Position numbers and translations under genes: made by a program. DNA of 64,000 nt. It comes from Octopus sinensis (lineage: Eukaryota). Shown here in pieces: positions 35,401-48,763 of the stretch. Numbering within the stretch: position 1 is the stretch's first letter; every line of letters begins with the position of its first letter. Location of the stretch: positions 84,506,001 to 84,570,000 of the forward strand of contig NC_043002.1 of NCBI RefSeq assembly GCF_006345805.1. Direction: 5' to 3'. The notes below the pieces were generated by a model. It ran no database searches, was not told the DNA's origin, and saw nothing but the letters and a program-made list of their open reading frames with translations.

Positions 35401-37079
35401 ATGTTTCACTATCTTTTCAGTTGGTAAGCATATTAGTTGGTTGCCAAGGCAAAAAATGGTAAAAAGCTGACTAATTCTTAATGAATAAAAAATTTGAGAT
35501 GCAAATAATGCTTCACTATATCTGATTGTATTTGTTACTGCAATAAATTTATTGCCAGTGGAACCAATGAGAAACTTAGTTTAATATTTTTGAGCCTTTT
35601 AACAATTTTCTAAGGTTTTGATATTTAGTTGTGTTGGTACAAGTGATTCAATATATTTGTTAGTCTTTATCCTTTTGAGAGCCTTGGTGTTTTTATGTAT
35701 AGCTGTGTTGTTACATATTGTAGCTTGTGAATGGTTTCATTTTTTAATTTTCTTACAAGGAAGGATATTTATTTACGGAGTAGAGGAAACAGGCCAATAC
35801 AACATTGTACTTATTTTTTGTGTGGATTGTAGTTTCTGGTTTTATTGAGCTATTTTGAAAGAATGTTTGCCTGCTGTTGAGAGCTATAATGTCAAGTTTG
35901 ATATAGTGTGGCCACAGTTGTGTATATTAAATGACCTGCCATTATTAAGTACATTTATGATGAGTATTGCATTATTGTAAATTGTGTTAATGATGTAAAT
36001 TCAACATTATATGAGTTAGTGATGTGTGGGTGTTTGTTTGGTGTTTCTTAATGATGGGTGCATTAGTGTAATGGGTTTTAAAACACATGCAACACTGATA
36101 TTGTAATTAACTGTAATGATTGAATTGTTATTCTGTATTGGTATTGTTGTAATGTCATAACAGCAATTGTTCAAACACTAGATATATCCAGCTTTTCTGC
36201 TTCAGCCATCTGTTATATGGGCTGTTTGACATAAGACTTATAGTTTGCAAGTTGAGATTTTGTCACTTAAGTGATAGTTAAGTTAATGAAATAATATATA
36301 GGAGCTTAGATGTCAGCTTCTATGTATGCCCCTTTTGGTATTGTTGCTGTAGAAATTCAGTACTTGTTGGCTTGAGGTGAGAAGACATTTGAGCAAAGTG
36401 ATTCCAGCCATGGCCATCCGTTCTTTATATTAGACAGTATATCTAGGATTACATCATCCCATGTGTCCTCCTTTTAAGACAGCAGGGTATAAATGTAGGG
36501 TAATTTGGTTGCTATTTCTAGCAGATCTGGTAACCAGATGAAAGGCTGTGGATGTTGCTGATGAGCTCTGCTTCAGATTGACAATAGCTGATCAAATGCT
36601 GAGGAGTAACACATTAGGGCTGCACTTCTGAAACGTCATTCTTTAGTCTGGTCTTGGTATATGCTGTACTTTCAAGCATGGTTAGCAGAGTGGAATGCAG
36701 TGTGCTTTATTGCTTAGTTGGAGGATGAGGAGGGGCAAAGGCAGTAACCTTTGCAGGTTATCTTAAACTGGTAAGGTTGTTGTTCTGCACTCTTCCAGAG
36801 TACATCTAGAAGTTTGTCCAATGTGACCTTAGTCTTTAAGATGGTAGGATAAGGTTTGAGGGAGATTTGGCTCAAGGTGTTATTGTCGTTTAGAACTGGG
36901 TGAGTTCTGACAGAGAAGACTTATGATCAAAGGCTTTGTAGCTGAGATTCTCTCCTTTTGAATGTATAATGTGTATAGGACTACATTATTTAGAGTATAT
37001 ATGTCTCCCTTTTCTAAGACAGAAGGATAGTGTGTAAATGATTTAAGAGGAAAACTAGGTGTAAGAGGCACCAAGGGTT

Positions 37080-37810
37080 GTGTGCAAGAGAGAAGACTGC
37101 GCTGGTTTGGTCATGTGATGTGTATCGATGAAGACAGCTGTGTAAAAAAGTGCTGAGCTCCAATTGTGGAGGGTACTTGTGGAAGGGGTAAACCCAGGAT
37201 GGTGTGTGTGAGATGAAGAGGTGAGAAAGGATCTTCAGACACTGGGCCTCTGAGGAAATGACAAGGGACCTGGAGTTGTGGTGATTTGCTGTACTTGGGA
37301 AGATGTGCCAAGCTAAGTAAAATCATGGTCATCCGTACATATGGGCTTGTCCTTTACAGGTGTTGGTGCCACATAAAATGCACTCATGCTGGTGCTACAT
37401 GCATGCACACATGCTGGTGGCATGTAAAAAGCACTCACCACACTCTGTAAAGTGGTTGGCATTAGGAAGGGCATCCAGCCATAGAAACCATAGAGTTTGG
37501 CCAGCTCCTGTCAAACCTATTTCTTTACTACCCACAAGGGGCTAAACACAGAGGGAACAAACAAGGACAGACAAACGGATTAACTTGATTATATCAACCC
37601 CAGTGCGTAACTGGTACTTAATTTATCGACCCCAAAAGGATGAAAGGCAAAGTTGACCTCGGCGGAATTTGAACTCAGAACGTAGCGGCAGACGAAATAC
37701 CGCTAGGCATTTCGCCAAGCGTGCTAACATTTCTGCCAGCTCCTGTCAAACCGTCCAACCCATGCCAGCATGGAAACACAGACAATAAATGATGAGGATG
37801 ATGATAGGAT
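37080..37810 (+). mobile_element. RTE LINE 3' fragment (RT C-terminus, 3' UTR, (GAT)n), interrupted by a SINE
   Basis: VQERRLRWFGHVMCIDEDSCVKKC continues into the family A tail, showing that the tail is this LINE's 3' UTR. Confidence 0.85.
37518..37742 (-). mobile_element. SINE family C with 18-bp duplication
   Basis: Close to 9367-9594; GCCAGCTCCTGTCAAACC at 37500-37517 and 37735-37752. Confidence 0.85.
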
Positions 37811-38744
37811 ATGATCATTAGAGAGTTTTGACTTTTATTTCTAGCTGGCACTTCTTCTTTGACTTGTGGCTAGAGGTAATGTTTAGCACCAGGCAACCCC
37901 TGATCCAGTAGTCATACAGCATGCAGATAATTAGCTCATGGCTCTATCTTTCTAGCTGTACCTTGCTTGTGTAGCTGAGAACATTGCTGTACACTCTGAA
38001 TTGCAGTGTTGAATTGTATGAGTGCAGTGTGACACTTTTGACTCAGTCTATTCCCATATATCTGAAGATTTTGGTGTTAGTTATATCAGAAGTGGACAGG
38101 GTGGGCTTAGGGTTACTTTGTACTCATTGTTTGAGGTGTGCATCCTAGCGCAGTGTTTTGGACTGATAAGACACTTGATATGGCTGCTATTTCTGAGTGC
38201 ATGTTTTATTTTTATGGGTGTCTGAATTGAATGAGAGAGATAGTGTTTTGAGGAGGCTGTTGTTGTAGTGTCCTGCAGTGTTATATATGTGGCTGGGTGT
38301 TAGAGGTGGTTTTCTCATGTAGTCACATGGGCTGAGAGTTGAAGCTTGCTGCAGCAAGAAATTGTATGCCTCACATATTCAGATGTTTTTTTTTCATACT
38401 TTGTACTTTTATATTGTAATATAGGTTTGTTTACACAGTGTAATGCTTTGTGTACTTTCTGATTTCTTGTAAAGAGAAAGAAAAGTTTAACAGTCCAGCG
38501 AAGGCTACCATAGTCAATAATAGATCTAAAGTGTTGTTTGCATTCTATTAGTGGTGTTTTTTGCTGTTGGTTAAATGTGGTATCTGTGACTACTCTATGT
38601 TATTGCATCATTTGCTTTCCTTACAAGGTCTTCTATGTGTGTTAGGAATATTGTGGAGGTATTGTTTGAATGTTCTCATAGTTGTCTGTCTGTATGTGCA
38701 TGTGGATTATGTTTAATTTTTGATTGTGATGGTTGCTTGTATCT

Positions 38745-39178
38745 GGTAGTCACTGGCAGCTGACTTGGCAGACACCCATAAAATTATTAAACATCTTACA
38801 AACAATAACTCTGAGCACCTTTTCAAACTCCACCTGTCTAACACCCGTGGACATGTTTACAAAGTCAGAAAACAGCACAGCTCCTTCCATGACTTTCGGA
38901 AACATTTTTTCATGCTAAGAGTTGCTGAAGCATGGAACAAACTGCCGGCATCAGTTGTTAGTTGTCGGAGCACTGCATCTTTCAAAACTTCCATGCTTCC
39001 TGAGATTCGCCAACACTACACCTGATTTTCTCCCCTCCATACACACACAAGCATGTATCTGACTTGTACACTGTTTGCTTTCCAGACATTTGTACATTAC
39101 TGCATATGCTTTATACGCACTTTTTGACAAGTTGTGGTGCACCTCAGCACTGTATACAATAATTTCATTATTATTATA
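38745..39178 (+). mobile_element. CR1-clade LINE 3' end
   Basis: ORF 38765-39025 reads ..NTRGHVYKVRKQ..DFRKHFFMLRVAEAWNKLPASVV..FK, followed by a 3' UTR and (ATT)n. Confidence 0.85.
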
Positions 39179-39199
39179 GAGGATTGAAGTGTAATGTTA

Positions 39200-39470
39200 T
39201 CTTCATATAAGCTGTGCCTATGTTCCAAGGAAGTGTGGAGAAGTTGTGCAGGTATTGGTTAAAAACAGTTGATGGGAGGATGGATCCTTGTGGTGCTCTG
39301 TTCAGAAATTGCCATCTTTAGAAGTGTTCATGTGCACTATATAGGCTTGGGGACATGACATGTAGTATGCTAACCAGTGTTTTGTGTTGCTTCTTAAGGT
39401 CATTGAATATTTTTTTAAATAAGTGTATAGTAGGGGATGGAGTTAAAAATTTTGCATGTGATAGATTGGT
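39200..39470 (-). pseudogene. Old LINE RT remnant, interrupted by the RTE at 39478-41160
   Basis: 39241-39299 reads RAPQGSILPSTVFNQYLHN; decayed sequence of similar character continues after 41170. Confidence 0.55.
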
Positions 39471-39477
39471 ATCAGCA

Positions 39478-41160
39478 TTGTCATCATCATTGTTTAATGT
39501 CTGCTTTCCATGCTGGCATGGGTTGGACAGTTTGACTGAGGGCTGGCAAATCAGAAGGCTGCACCAGGCCCCAATCTGATCTGGCAGAATTTCTACAGCC
39601 AGATGTTCTTCCTAATGCCAACCACTCCGAGAGTGTAGTGGGTGCTTTTTATGTGCCATCAGCATGAGGGCCTGTCAGGCGGTACTGGCATCGACCACAC
39701 TTGAATGGTTCTTTTTACATGCCACTGACACAGGAGTCAGTCAGGCAGCATTGGCAACGATCACGCTCGAATGGTGCTTTTTACATGCTAGTGGCACTGG
39801 CATCGACCATGCTAGAATGGTGCATTTGACATGCCAATCAGGCGGTACTGTCATCAACCACAACAATGATTTCACTTGACTCAACAGGTCTTCTTAAGCA
39901 TGGCTTATTGCCCAATGATTGAAGGGTACTTAGATGGGCCAGTTATACTGCACTGGCATAGGCCACGGTTACAGTCTCACTTGGCTTGCTGGGTCTTCTC
40001 ATGCACAGCATGTCTCCATAGGTCTCAGTCACTTTTGATCACCTTTTTGAGGGTCAACGATCAAAGGTTGTGCTTCACCACCTCATCTCAGGTCTTCTTG
40101 GATCTACCTTTTCCACAGGTTCCCTCTATTACTAGGGTGTGACACTTCTTCACACAGCTGTCCTCATCAATACGCAACACATGACCATACCAGTGCAGTT
40201 GTCTCTCTTGCACAACACATCTGATGCTTCTTATGTCCACCTTTTCTCTCAGGCTGCTTACACTCTGTCATGAATGCACACTGATTTACACATCCAGCAG
40301 AGCATACTAGCTTCATGTCCTCAGTGGTCACGGCCTATGTTTCACTGCTATGTAGCATGGCTGTTCACACACATGCATCATACAGTCTACCTTTTACTCT
40401 GAGTGAGAGGCCCTTTGTCACCAGCAGAGGTAGGAGCTCTCTGAGCTTTGCGCAGGCTATTCTTATTCTAGCAGCTACACTCTCAAAGCATCCGGCCCTG
40501 CAACTGACTTGGTCACCTAGGTAACGGAAGCTATCAACTACTTCTAGTTTTTCCCCCTATTATGTAATGGAAGCTGTTTTCTGCACATTTTTAGTGTTTA
40601 TTGCCCCTGAGCATTTGCCACACACAAAAACTATCTTCCCAGTTAACCTTCCTTTGATATTGCTGCACCTCTTATGTGTCCATAGCTTACACTGGGTACA
40701 TCTTATAGAGTTTCTACCTACGCTTTTTCTACAGATCAAGCAGGGCCATCTACCTGAAGGGTTTTTAAGATTTGTTTGCCTTCCTACTTATTAAGACTTG
40801 TTTTTGCTAGATTGACTCTAAGGCCCTTCGATTCTAATCCTTGCTTCCACACCTGAAACTTCTCCTCTAGTTGTGATTTGACTCAGCTATTAGAGCAAGG
40901 TCATCAGCATAGAGGAGCTCTCAGGGGCTCCACTATGCTGAGCAGCCTGTCTTGAATTCCTCTGTTATTGCCTGGAGGACTATGATGAATTAGAGGGAGC
41001 TGAGGACTGATCCTTGGTGGATCCCTACCCCTACCTGGAATTCTTCACTATACTCGTTGCCAACCCTCTCCTTACTGACAGCATCTCTGTACATAGCTTG
41101 TACAGCTCTCACTAACCACTCATCTATCCCTAGTTTCCACATTGCCCACCAGATAAGGGA
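39478..41160 (-). mobile_element. 5'-truncated RTE LINE (~1.7 kb) with decayed RT
   Basis: GIHQGSVLS (about 41000-41030), ELLYADDLALIAES (40920-40879), LEVVDSFRYLGD and KGLSLRVKGRLYDACV, then the family A 3' UTR and (GAT)n. Confidence 0.9.
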
Positions 41161-42659
41161 TTGGTGCATTTATTACTAGTAAATAGAATGGTGTTGTTTT
41201 TGAAACCATTTTGTATTCTCTGTGTAGTTTTGTGGGTATTGTGTTTGTTGTTGTTACTTAAACCCAGGTTGACTTGATTAAAAGGAATTCTAGCCATATC
41301 CATTTTGTCTTTTGCCTATGTAGAGAAAATCCAATATCAATCACATTATTCAATGTGTCCTTTTTTAAAGGTAGTCGGGTGTGATTTGAGGAAGATTGCA
41401 AATGTCTTGTTTGAATCTGTATTGTTTTGTAGAGAAGAATCTGCATTAGTGGTGGTAAAGATTATCTTTTATCAAATTGTTGTACATGTATCTAGGAGGG
41501 TGATGGATCTATATGATGTTAGTTGACTTGTAATTTTGTCGAGCTTTAGAATTGTTATAATTTTGCCTAGATTCTAGGAAGTTAACAATGTTGGTATGAG
41601 TAGCTGTAGAGGTTGGCACGTGGAGATTTTAGATATATGTTTGTGATTTTCTCTACTCTGAGTTTTTGAGATTTTAAATGGCCCTATTGCCTTTTTTGGT
41701 GTTTGATGGAAAGAAGGAATCGAAATCCTGTCCTAGGTAAAGGTGCATATTTTTAATTTGTGTTCCTGCCTTGTGTAATTTTGGTGGTTGATTTTCAAGA
41801 AATGATTGCTAAAAACATTTGCTTGCTGTTGCAGGATGTTATTGGAAATAGTCGTTGCAGCATGGGTGTGGTTTGAGTAGTGTTAATGTTGATGATGCTT
41901 ATTATTCTGTATAGTATTTTACTGTCAGTCTTGTAGTTTATGTTGAATGTAAATATGTGCCAGATTTTTTTTTTCCTGTGATTTATTTTTTTTGTTTATT
42001 CATTTGGTGCTGAATTTAACTTCAATTGTACAGGGTGTTGGCATATTGTTTTTGAGGTTGTCTCTGGTATTTATGAGGTGACTATTTCTGTTATGTAACT
42101 AGAGTTGTACTTTTTTTGCTATGCTGCAGTTTTTGTATGTATCTACAATTATTTCATTGAATGTCTTCTACTGCAGTATATTATGTTGGAGCTTGGGGTG
42201 GTGGTGTTAAATACTGAAAATCTTAAATCTGTCTCTTGATGGAATGCTTTTGAAGTTTATAAAAAAAATGTATTTTGCTTTCTTCATTGATGCATGACTA
42301 TTTTGTGATGATAATGGTTGTTGGCCTGAGGACAGTTGGGTGATTGCAATTGGTTGTGCTAGCTTGGTTTGTGAAGCAGAAGTCAGTGTTCATAGAAGAA
42401 TTGTCATTGACTTAGTGTGATATGTATGTGTATTAGTGTGGGTTGCTTAAGATGTAATGGAACATTAGTTATGTTGCTATTATGTTACCCCATGAGTTAT
42501 CTGTACTATCTAAAATCCAGGATGTATCGACTACATTGAGCTGTTCTCCAATAATGGTTGTGTTAAAGCATTGTGGTTGAGGTATGTAACCTGGTGGGTT
42601 GGTTGGTGAGGTCACTAGTGATGGTGGTGTGTGTCTGTGTGTGTGCATATATATATATA

Positions 42660-42830
42660 TCATCATCATCATCATTTAGCATCCGTTTTCCATGCTAGCA
42701 TGGGTTGGATGGTTTGAGCAGGGCTGTTAAGCTGAGGGGCTGCACTAGACTCCAGTCTAATTTGGCATGGTTTCTACAGCTGAATGCTCTTCCTAATGCC
42801 AACCACTCCAAGAGTGTAATGGGTGCTTTT
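42660..42830 (-). mobile_element. RTE 3' tail
   Basis: (CAT)n plus the family A core. Confidence 0.8.
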
Positions 42831-43130
42831 GCCACACACACATAAACACACATTCACTTGCCATGCTGGCATGTGTTGGACATGTTATTACAGTTTGAGC
42901 CAGTTCTTATTTGGAGTTATTGTCCTCCTAGGCATTATATAAGTATATCATTTAGACATTGTGAGACTAATAACCTGGTGTAGAACTCAATATGTGTGTT
43001 TCAGAACAATGTGTTACATGGATATAGAGTAGTAATTAAAAAAATGGATGACTCAGGAAAACAATGGTTAAGTTATGAACTTCATTAGCTTACAGCTGTT
43101 TCTGCTGTTGCTGTTAAGTGAACAGTCTTC

Positions 43131-43478
43131 GTCCCTGTAGTGGGAGAAGTCCGAAATGTGGTCCTTTGCTATTCATAAGACCTGCAGAAGAGAAAGCAAG
43201 TCAACCCCCTGACACCGAGAGCATCGACGGATGGATGAGTGCGCATCCAGGCTCAGCTGTTGCATAGGAAGTCGGGGACAAGAAGCAGGAAGAAAGAGTG
43301 AGAGAAAGTTGGGGCGAAAGAGTACAACAGGGGCTGCCACCACCCCCTGCCGGAGCCTCGTGGAGCTTTAGGTGTTTTCGCTCAGTAAACACACACAATG
43401 CCCGGTCTGGGAATCGAAACCACAATCCTCCGACCACGAGTCCGCTGCCCTAACCACTGGGCCATTGCACCTCCACAG
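43131..43478 (-). mobile_element. tRNA-derived SINE family D
   Basis: Head GGTGCAATGGCCCAGTGGTTAGGGCAGCGGACTC...GGTTTCGATTCCC; related copies at 47190-47480 (+) and 59130-59465 (-). Confidence 0.85.
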
Positions 43479-43919
43479 CTGTTTCTACTCTAAGATACAG
43501 TGGGCTCTTAGTTGAGTGCCTGAATAGCATCCTATAGCTTCATAGGAGCCTCAAATATGAAGTGCAATTCATTTGGGAAAAGAGAATTACAATTTTGCAA
43601 TATAGATTCTTGTTTCTAACTTCTACTTCAGCTCTCATAGAATTAATATCCTGGCATGGTGAGTTTTGTCCATTTTCTATTGTTCGTGATCTTGTGGAAG
43701 GGGCAGGCAAAATGAGCTTGGAAAACAAATATTTCAAGAGTTGTTGAAAATGACCGACAACCCTTTTGTACCTCCTGCGGCAATTGATATTGCAACTGTT
43801 TTGATGTGTGTGCGTATCTGGATGAGATGAAAGATCCTCCTCCTCCTCGTTCCCCCTTTTCACCCCCCTTCCCCCCCATTTCCCCCCCTTTTCCTCCTCC
43901 TCCTTTCCTCTTTCTCCTC

Positions 43920-44170
43920 CAATGGTTGTTTTCCATGTTGGCATGGGTTGGATAATTTGCTCAGAACTGGGAAGCAAGAAAGCTGCACCAGGTTCCAATC
44001 TGATTTAGCTTGGTTTCTATGGCTGGATGCCTTTCCTAATGCCAAACACTTTACAGTGTGTGCTGGGTGCTTTTAATGTGGTGCTGGCATAAGTACTTTT
44101 TATGTGGCACTGGCACAAGACTCTTGCAAGCCAATCCTTCTCACCAGGGGCAACAGCCTTAACACTCCTG
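43920..44170 (-). mobile_element. RTE 3' tail
   Basis: Family A core. Confidence 0.7.
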
Positions 44171-44938
44171 CCGTGGAGGATGGATGCTTCTAAAATGTTG
44201 ATAATGTGTCGTTTAGTATTCTTAGAGGCCAATGTAATTTAAGCTAGTGATGTTGATGTCTCATTTTTTAAATAAATTTTGGGAGTAGCTATGAATCTAC
44301 GTAAAATCATTGTAGGCAATGATTCTAGGTTGAGGGATGAAGGATGCTAAATAAGAGGAGAGGATGGTGGGGATGGCAGAAAAAAGGGAAGAGTTGAAAA
44401 AGTGATAGGGTGGATGTGTGAGGGATCATGTTAGAGGGATGTCTGAAGCTATTCAACATTATAAGGGATGGGTATGGATAGGTGTGATGGAAAGGGGACA
44501 GGTAATTGCAGGTACTTATTACTATTATTGTTGTGAGGCTTTGAGTTATCACTGTTGTTGTTTTTATCCTGTTTTAGCAGACCTATGATCAAAAGCATTC
44601 TAAGCATGACCATCTCACCTTTTTTTCAAGCATTATATACGTTATACACTCATTGTAGTCTTATGTATCATCTTTTTTAAGATTGTTCGGATGTGATATA
44701 AAGGAAATTTAGCAACTGTCTGTGGCAGGCTGAATGACCATGTAGTGGTTCTCATGTTGGCTTGTAATAACATTATTTGCCATGAAATATCCTTGTTATC
44801 TTCTTTCTCCTTCAATGTCATTGTTGCCTTGTTTTTGTATCTGGTTTGCAAGATTCTTTATGTGAATTTATGTGATGAAATAATTTTTGTTGTGTCTAGG
44901 GAGAGTCATTATACCAATATTAATAACACACATTTTAA

Positions 44939-45155
44939 TTCAATTCTGCTTCTTTATTATGAGTCAGTTGGTTAAATATCCAACTAACTAATTTATTGTT
45001 TGTTTGTTTAACTTGATTAAACAGTAATTTGTTTCTTATATGAATTTGTGTGTTGAATTCACTTAAAGACTTACTGTTTAACCAAGTTAAACAAACAGTT
45101 AATTATTTTGTTGGATATTTAACCAATTGACTAATAATAAAAGAGTGAAATTGAA
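44939..45155. repeat. Diverged inverted repeat (arms about 85-90 bp)
   Basis: 44939-45027 pairs with 45071-45155, roughly 85% by eye. Confidence 0.75.
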
Positions 45156-45579
45156 CCAGAACTTCTGTCATTGTTGCCTATTTTTCAGATTGTTATCATC
45201 TTCAACTTCGTCATAATCTTTGTTTTTATTAACAGTGTCTTTGCATTTTCTTTTGTTATTATTATTCTTATTATTACTACCATCATCATCATCATCTTTT
45301 CTGTCACTGTTTTAACAGCTGTTTTATTATTCTGATAAACACTTTGATGGAGTTATATTATTATTTTAATGTACTATTTTATTTCATTGATGTAGGTAAA
45401 AAAATTAATATTGTACAGAATGTACAGTTCTGCTCGTAGATCTTCACACACAGTCTACATAAGTTTAATGATTTTACAAACACTAAATCTATTTAGAACA
45501 GTATCGTCATCAAATTTTATATCTCATAGTGTAATCATTGAAACTCTGTGCTGAACTTCATAATCGAAGTACTCTTTTA

Positions 45580-45915
45580 TTCTTTTACTGGTTTCAGTCA
45601 TTTGACTGCGGCCATGCTGGAGCACCGCCTTTAATCGAGCAACTCGACCCCAGGACTTATTCTTTTGTAAGCCCAGTACTTATTCTATCGGTCTCTTTTG
45701 CCGAACCACTAAGTAACGAGGACATAAACACACCAGCATCGGTTGTCAAGCAATGTTAGGGGGACAAACAGACACACAAACATACGCATATATACGACAG
45801 GCTTCTTTCAGTTTCCGTCTACCAAATCCACTCACAAGGCATTGGTCGGCCTGGGGCTATAGCAGAAGACACTTGCCCAAGATGCCACGCAGTGGGACTG
45901 AACCCGGAACCACTC
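45580..45915 (-). mobile_element. SINE family B, young, head partly deleted
   Basis: CpG-retaining reverse-complement copy. Confidence 0.85.
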
Positions 45916-47189
45916 CTGCGCGTTGAATATTTTTTGTTGTAAATGTGTCTTATATTTAAGTGGCACTGTATTATGTTAAGAGGTACTCTGTTATGTCAAG
46001 TGTGGTATGTTAAAACATAACGCTATCAAAACATTGTAGTGTTAACTGGTTTCAAAATTTTTAACCACAAGTGTTAAAATAACAACCAAGCAATATTCTA
46101 ATGTACAACAGAGTAGTGAGGTGAGGCTGTTTGTTCAATCATTAACTTATCCAAGTATTATACTTCAGGGTAGTTTAGTGTGGTTGACTAACCATTCAAT
46201 GAAAGTTGTAGTTGTTTAATCCTTGGAGAGGTCTGATCAAACAAACCTATGATCAAAGTCTTTCCAGCCATGACCATTCTATAATCTCTTGCTAAATTAT
46301 ATTACCCTGAGTAAACTTCAATTTTTAAGGTTGTAGAATGTGGAACAGTGGTTCTCAACTAGTGTCCATATGGCCCTTTGGTGTTGATATTATTAAATTT
46401 TGTTGTTAAAATTTATGCACAAAAAATTGGCTATATTTCTACAATGCACAAAATATTTTAACAATTTTGTTATGCAGTTCCTCATAATATTCAAAAATAT
46501 AATAGGATTTTTTAAACATCAAATGGCAATGGGGGTTGGAAGGGTCCACCAGAGTAAAATAGGAATCAAAGGGGTTCATAGGTAAAAAATGGTTGAGAAA
46601 TATTGGTTTGGAATTTGAATGCTATTTCTAATGGATTTAATGGCCACATAAAACTCCCTCATTGACTTGACATAAATTGTCTAGCTGTTGTTGTTTAGCC
46701 CTAGGTCAGCCCTGATCAAATAGACTTATGATCAAAAGGCATGCCAACCATAGCCATCCTGTCATTTTACTTTTCAGATATATAGTATATTTAGGGTTCA
46801 CATTGTCAAATGTATCCTTTTTCTTAAAATGGTAGGATGTGATTTGAAAGAGATTTAGCTGTTATTTCTAACATGGTGAGCAATAAGGAAGAGGCTCCCT
46901 CATTAGCTCATTAGCATACTAGTAGCACTGACTACTATTTGTGCAGCCCTTAGTGAGCAATGGCAGCTTACTTTGACTACTAATGCACATACTCTTCTTT
47001 AGGTGTGAGATGTTAATAATGAGGTACTTACTGCAATGTTTTGGAAGCCTTGCAATTTCTCTTAGATATTCATGCTCTATTTACAATTAGAGAGCAACAG
47101 CTGTAATACAAATTGGTTTTGCATAACATCTAATCTTCTATATGTGAAGAAAGAAATTAGATGTTTTCAAGATCCAATTGGCAATCCAA

Positions 47190-47480
47190 TTTGGAGGCGC
47201 AATGGCACCAGTGGTTAGGGCAGCAGACTCGCAGTTGGAGGATTGCGGTTTCAATTCCCAAACCAGATGTTGTGTGTGTTTATTGAGCGAAAAAACCACC
47301 TAAAGCTCCACTCGGCTCCGGCAGGGCGTGGTGGCGACCCCTGTTGTACACTTTCGCCTCAACTTTCTCTCACTCTTTCTTCCTGTTTCTTGGGTAATGC
47401 TGTGATGAACTGGTGTCCCGTTCAGCGGGGGGGGGGGGTACATACACCACAGAAACCGGGCCCATGAGCCTGGGTAGGCT
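47190..47480 (+). mobile_element. SINE family D
   Basis: Same head; the 3' part GTGATGAACTGGTGTCCCGTTCAG resembles a V-SINE-type end. Confidence 0.8.
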
Positions 47481-48239
47481 TGAAAAGGGCACATAAATAA
47501 AAAAAAATTGTGGCAATCACAGCCTCAAACTGATCATTTATCAATAAAATTCCAACCTGTTGAAATTCGGATTTCATCACATTGTAATTGTATATTATAT
47601 GTATGCAAGTGCATGGCTTAGTAGTTAGGGTTTTGAGCTCATGATCATAAAATGAGTTTGATCCCAGGCCTAGGCAGCACATTGTGTCCTTCAGCAAGCT
47701 GCTTCTTTTAATGGTGCACTAATCTACTCAGCTGAAAATGAGTATTAGCCTAGTACTGGTGCAGTCTCTCCCCATTGCCATCTCCTGCCAGCTGTCAAAA
47801 TCTCTTATGTTCCACTGAATCAAGGTATAGAAGGCCAAGAGGGTATCTATATATCTTTGTAATTACATAGACACCTAAATCAATCAGCCAAAGCATGGTA
47901 CATGCTACCAAGTCCTTCTTACTTTCAAGTGATTTAGCCATGGTTTTATATTTAATCGATTATCTATGTTAGAACTTCTAACATGTAATATTGCATGTGG
48001 TATCATGGACCGATTTCATGCTCATACAAATACATTCACATATGATATTCAATTTTAGGCAGCTAGAGAAATTTGGCGATTTGAAGTTTTATAGCTTCTC
48101 CAGATTCATGTAACATGTGACTGGTTATGAAAACATTAATTGAACTTACAATGGAAGAGAGAACAGTATTTTGATAATTGGTTATGTTCATTTGTTTGTT
48201 TGTTCTTAGATGTTTTTCCCTTGCTGGCATAGGTTAAAT

Positions 48240-48625
48240 GAATATATATTATTAAAAAGCACCATTTGAGCATGATCGTTACCTGCGTCGCCTTACTGAC
48301 ACTTGTGCTGGTGGCACGTGAAAAAACATTCGAGTGAGGTCGTTGCCAGTGCCGCTGGACTGGTTCCTGTGCAGGTGGCACATAAAAAGCACCATATGAG
48401 CATGGCCGTTGCCAGTACCGCCTGACTTGCACTTGTGCCGGTGGCACGTAAAAGCATCCACTACACTGTCGGAGTGGTTGGCGTTAGGAAGGGCATCTAG
48501 CTGTAGAAACTCTGCCAGATCAGATTGGAGTCTGGTGCAGCCATCTGGTTCACCAGACCTCAGTCAAATCGTTCAACCCATGCTAGCATGGAAAGCGAAT
48601 GTTAAACAATGATGACGATGATGAT
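48240..48625 (+). mobile_element. RTE 3' tail with tandem units
   Basis: Tandem units, core motif and (GAT)n. Confidence 0.8.
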
Positions 48626-48763
48626 TATTGGAGGCTTTTTTTTTTGCAGCTGAATTCCCTTCCTGTTGCTAAGCCTTACTTACATTTCAAGTAAAAGATC
48701 TTACAGCAACACTTGTAATTTTTTTTGTAGAGCATAGTTTTAAACACCCATATTTATAAAATA

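Noticed and set aside
36555-36645. Hammerhead from CTGATGA/CTGAGGA...GAAACGTC
   Set aside because: Neither stem I nor stem II pairs next to the core.
43836-43920. C-rich tract with G-quadruplex potential on the minus strand
   Set aside because: Simple low-complexity sequence with nothing pointing to function.
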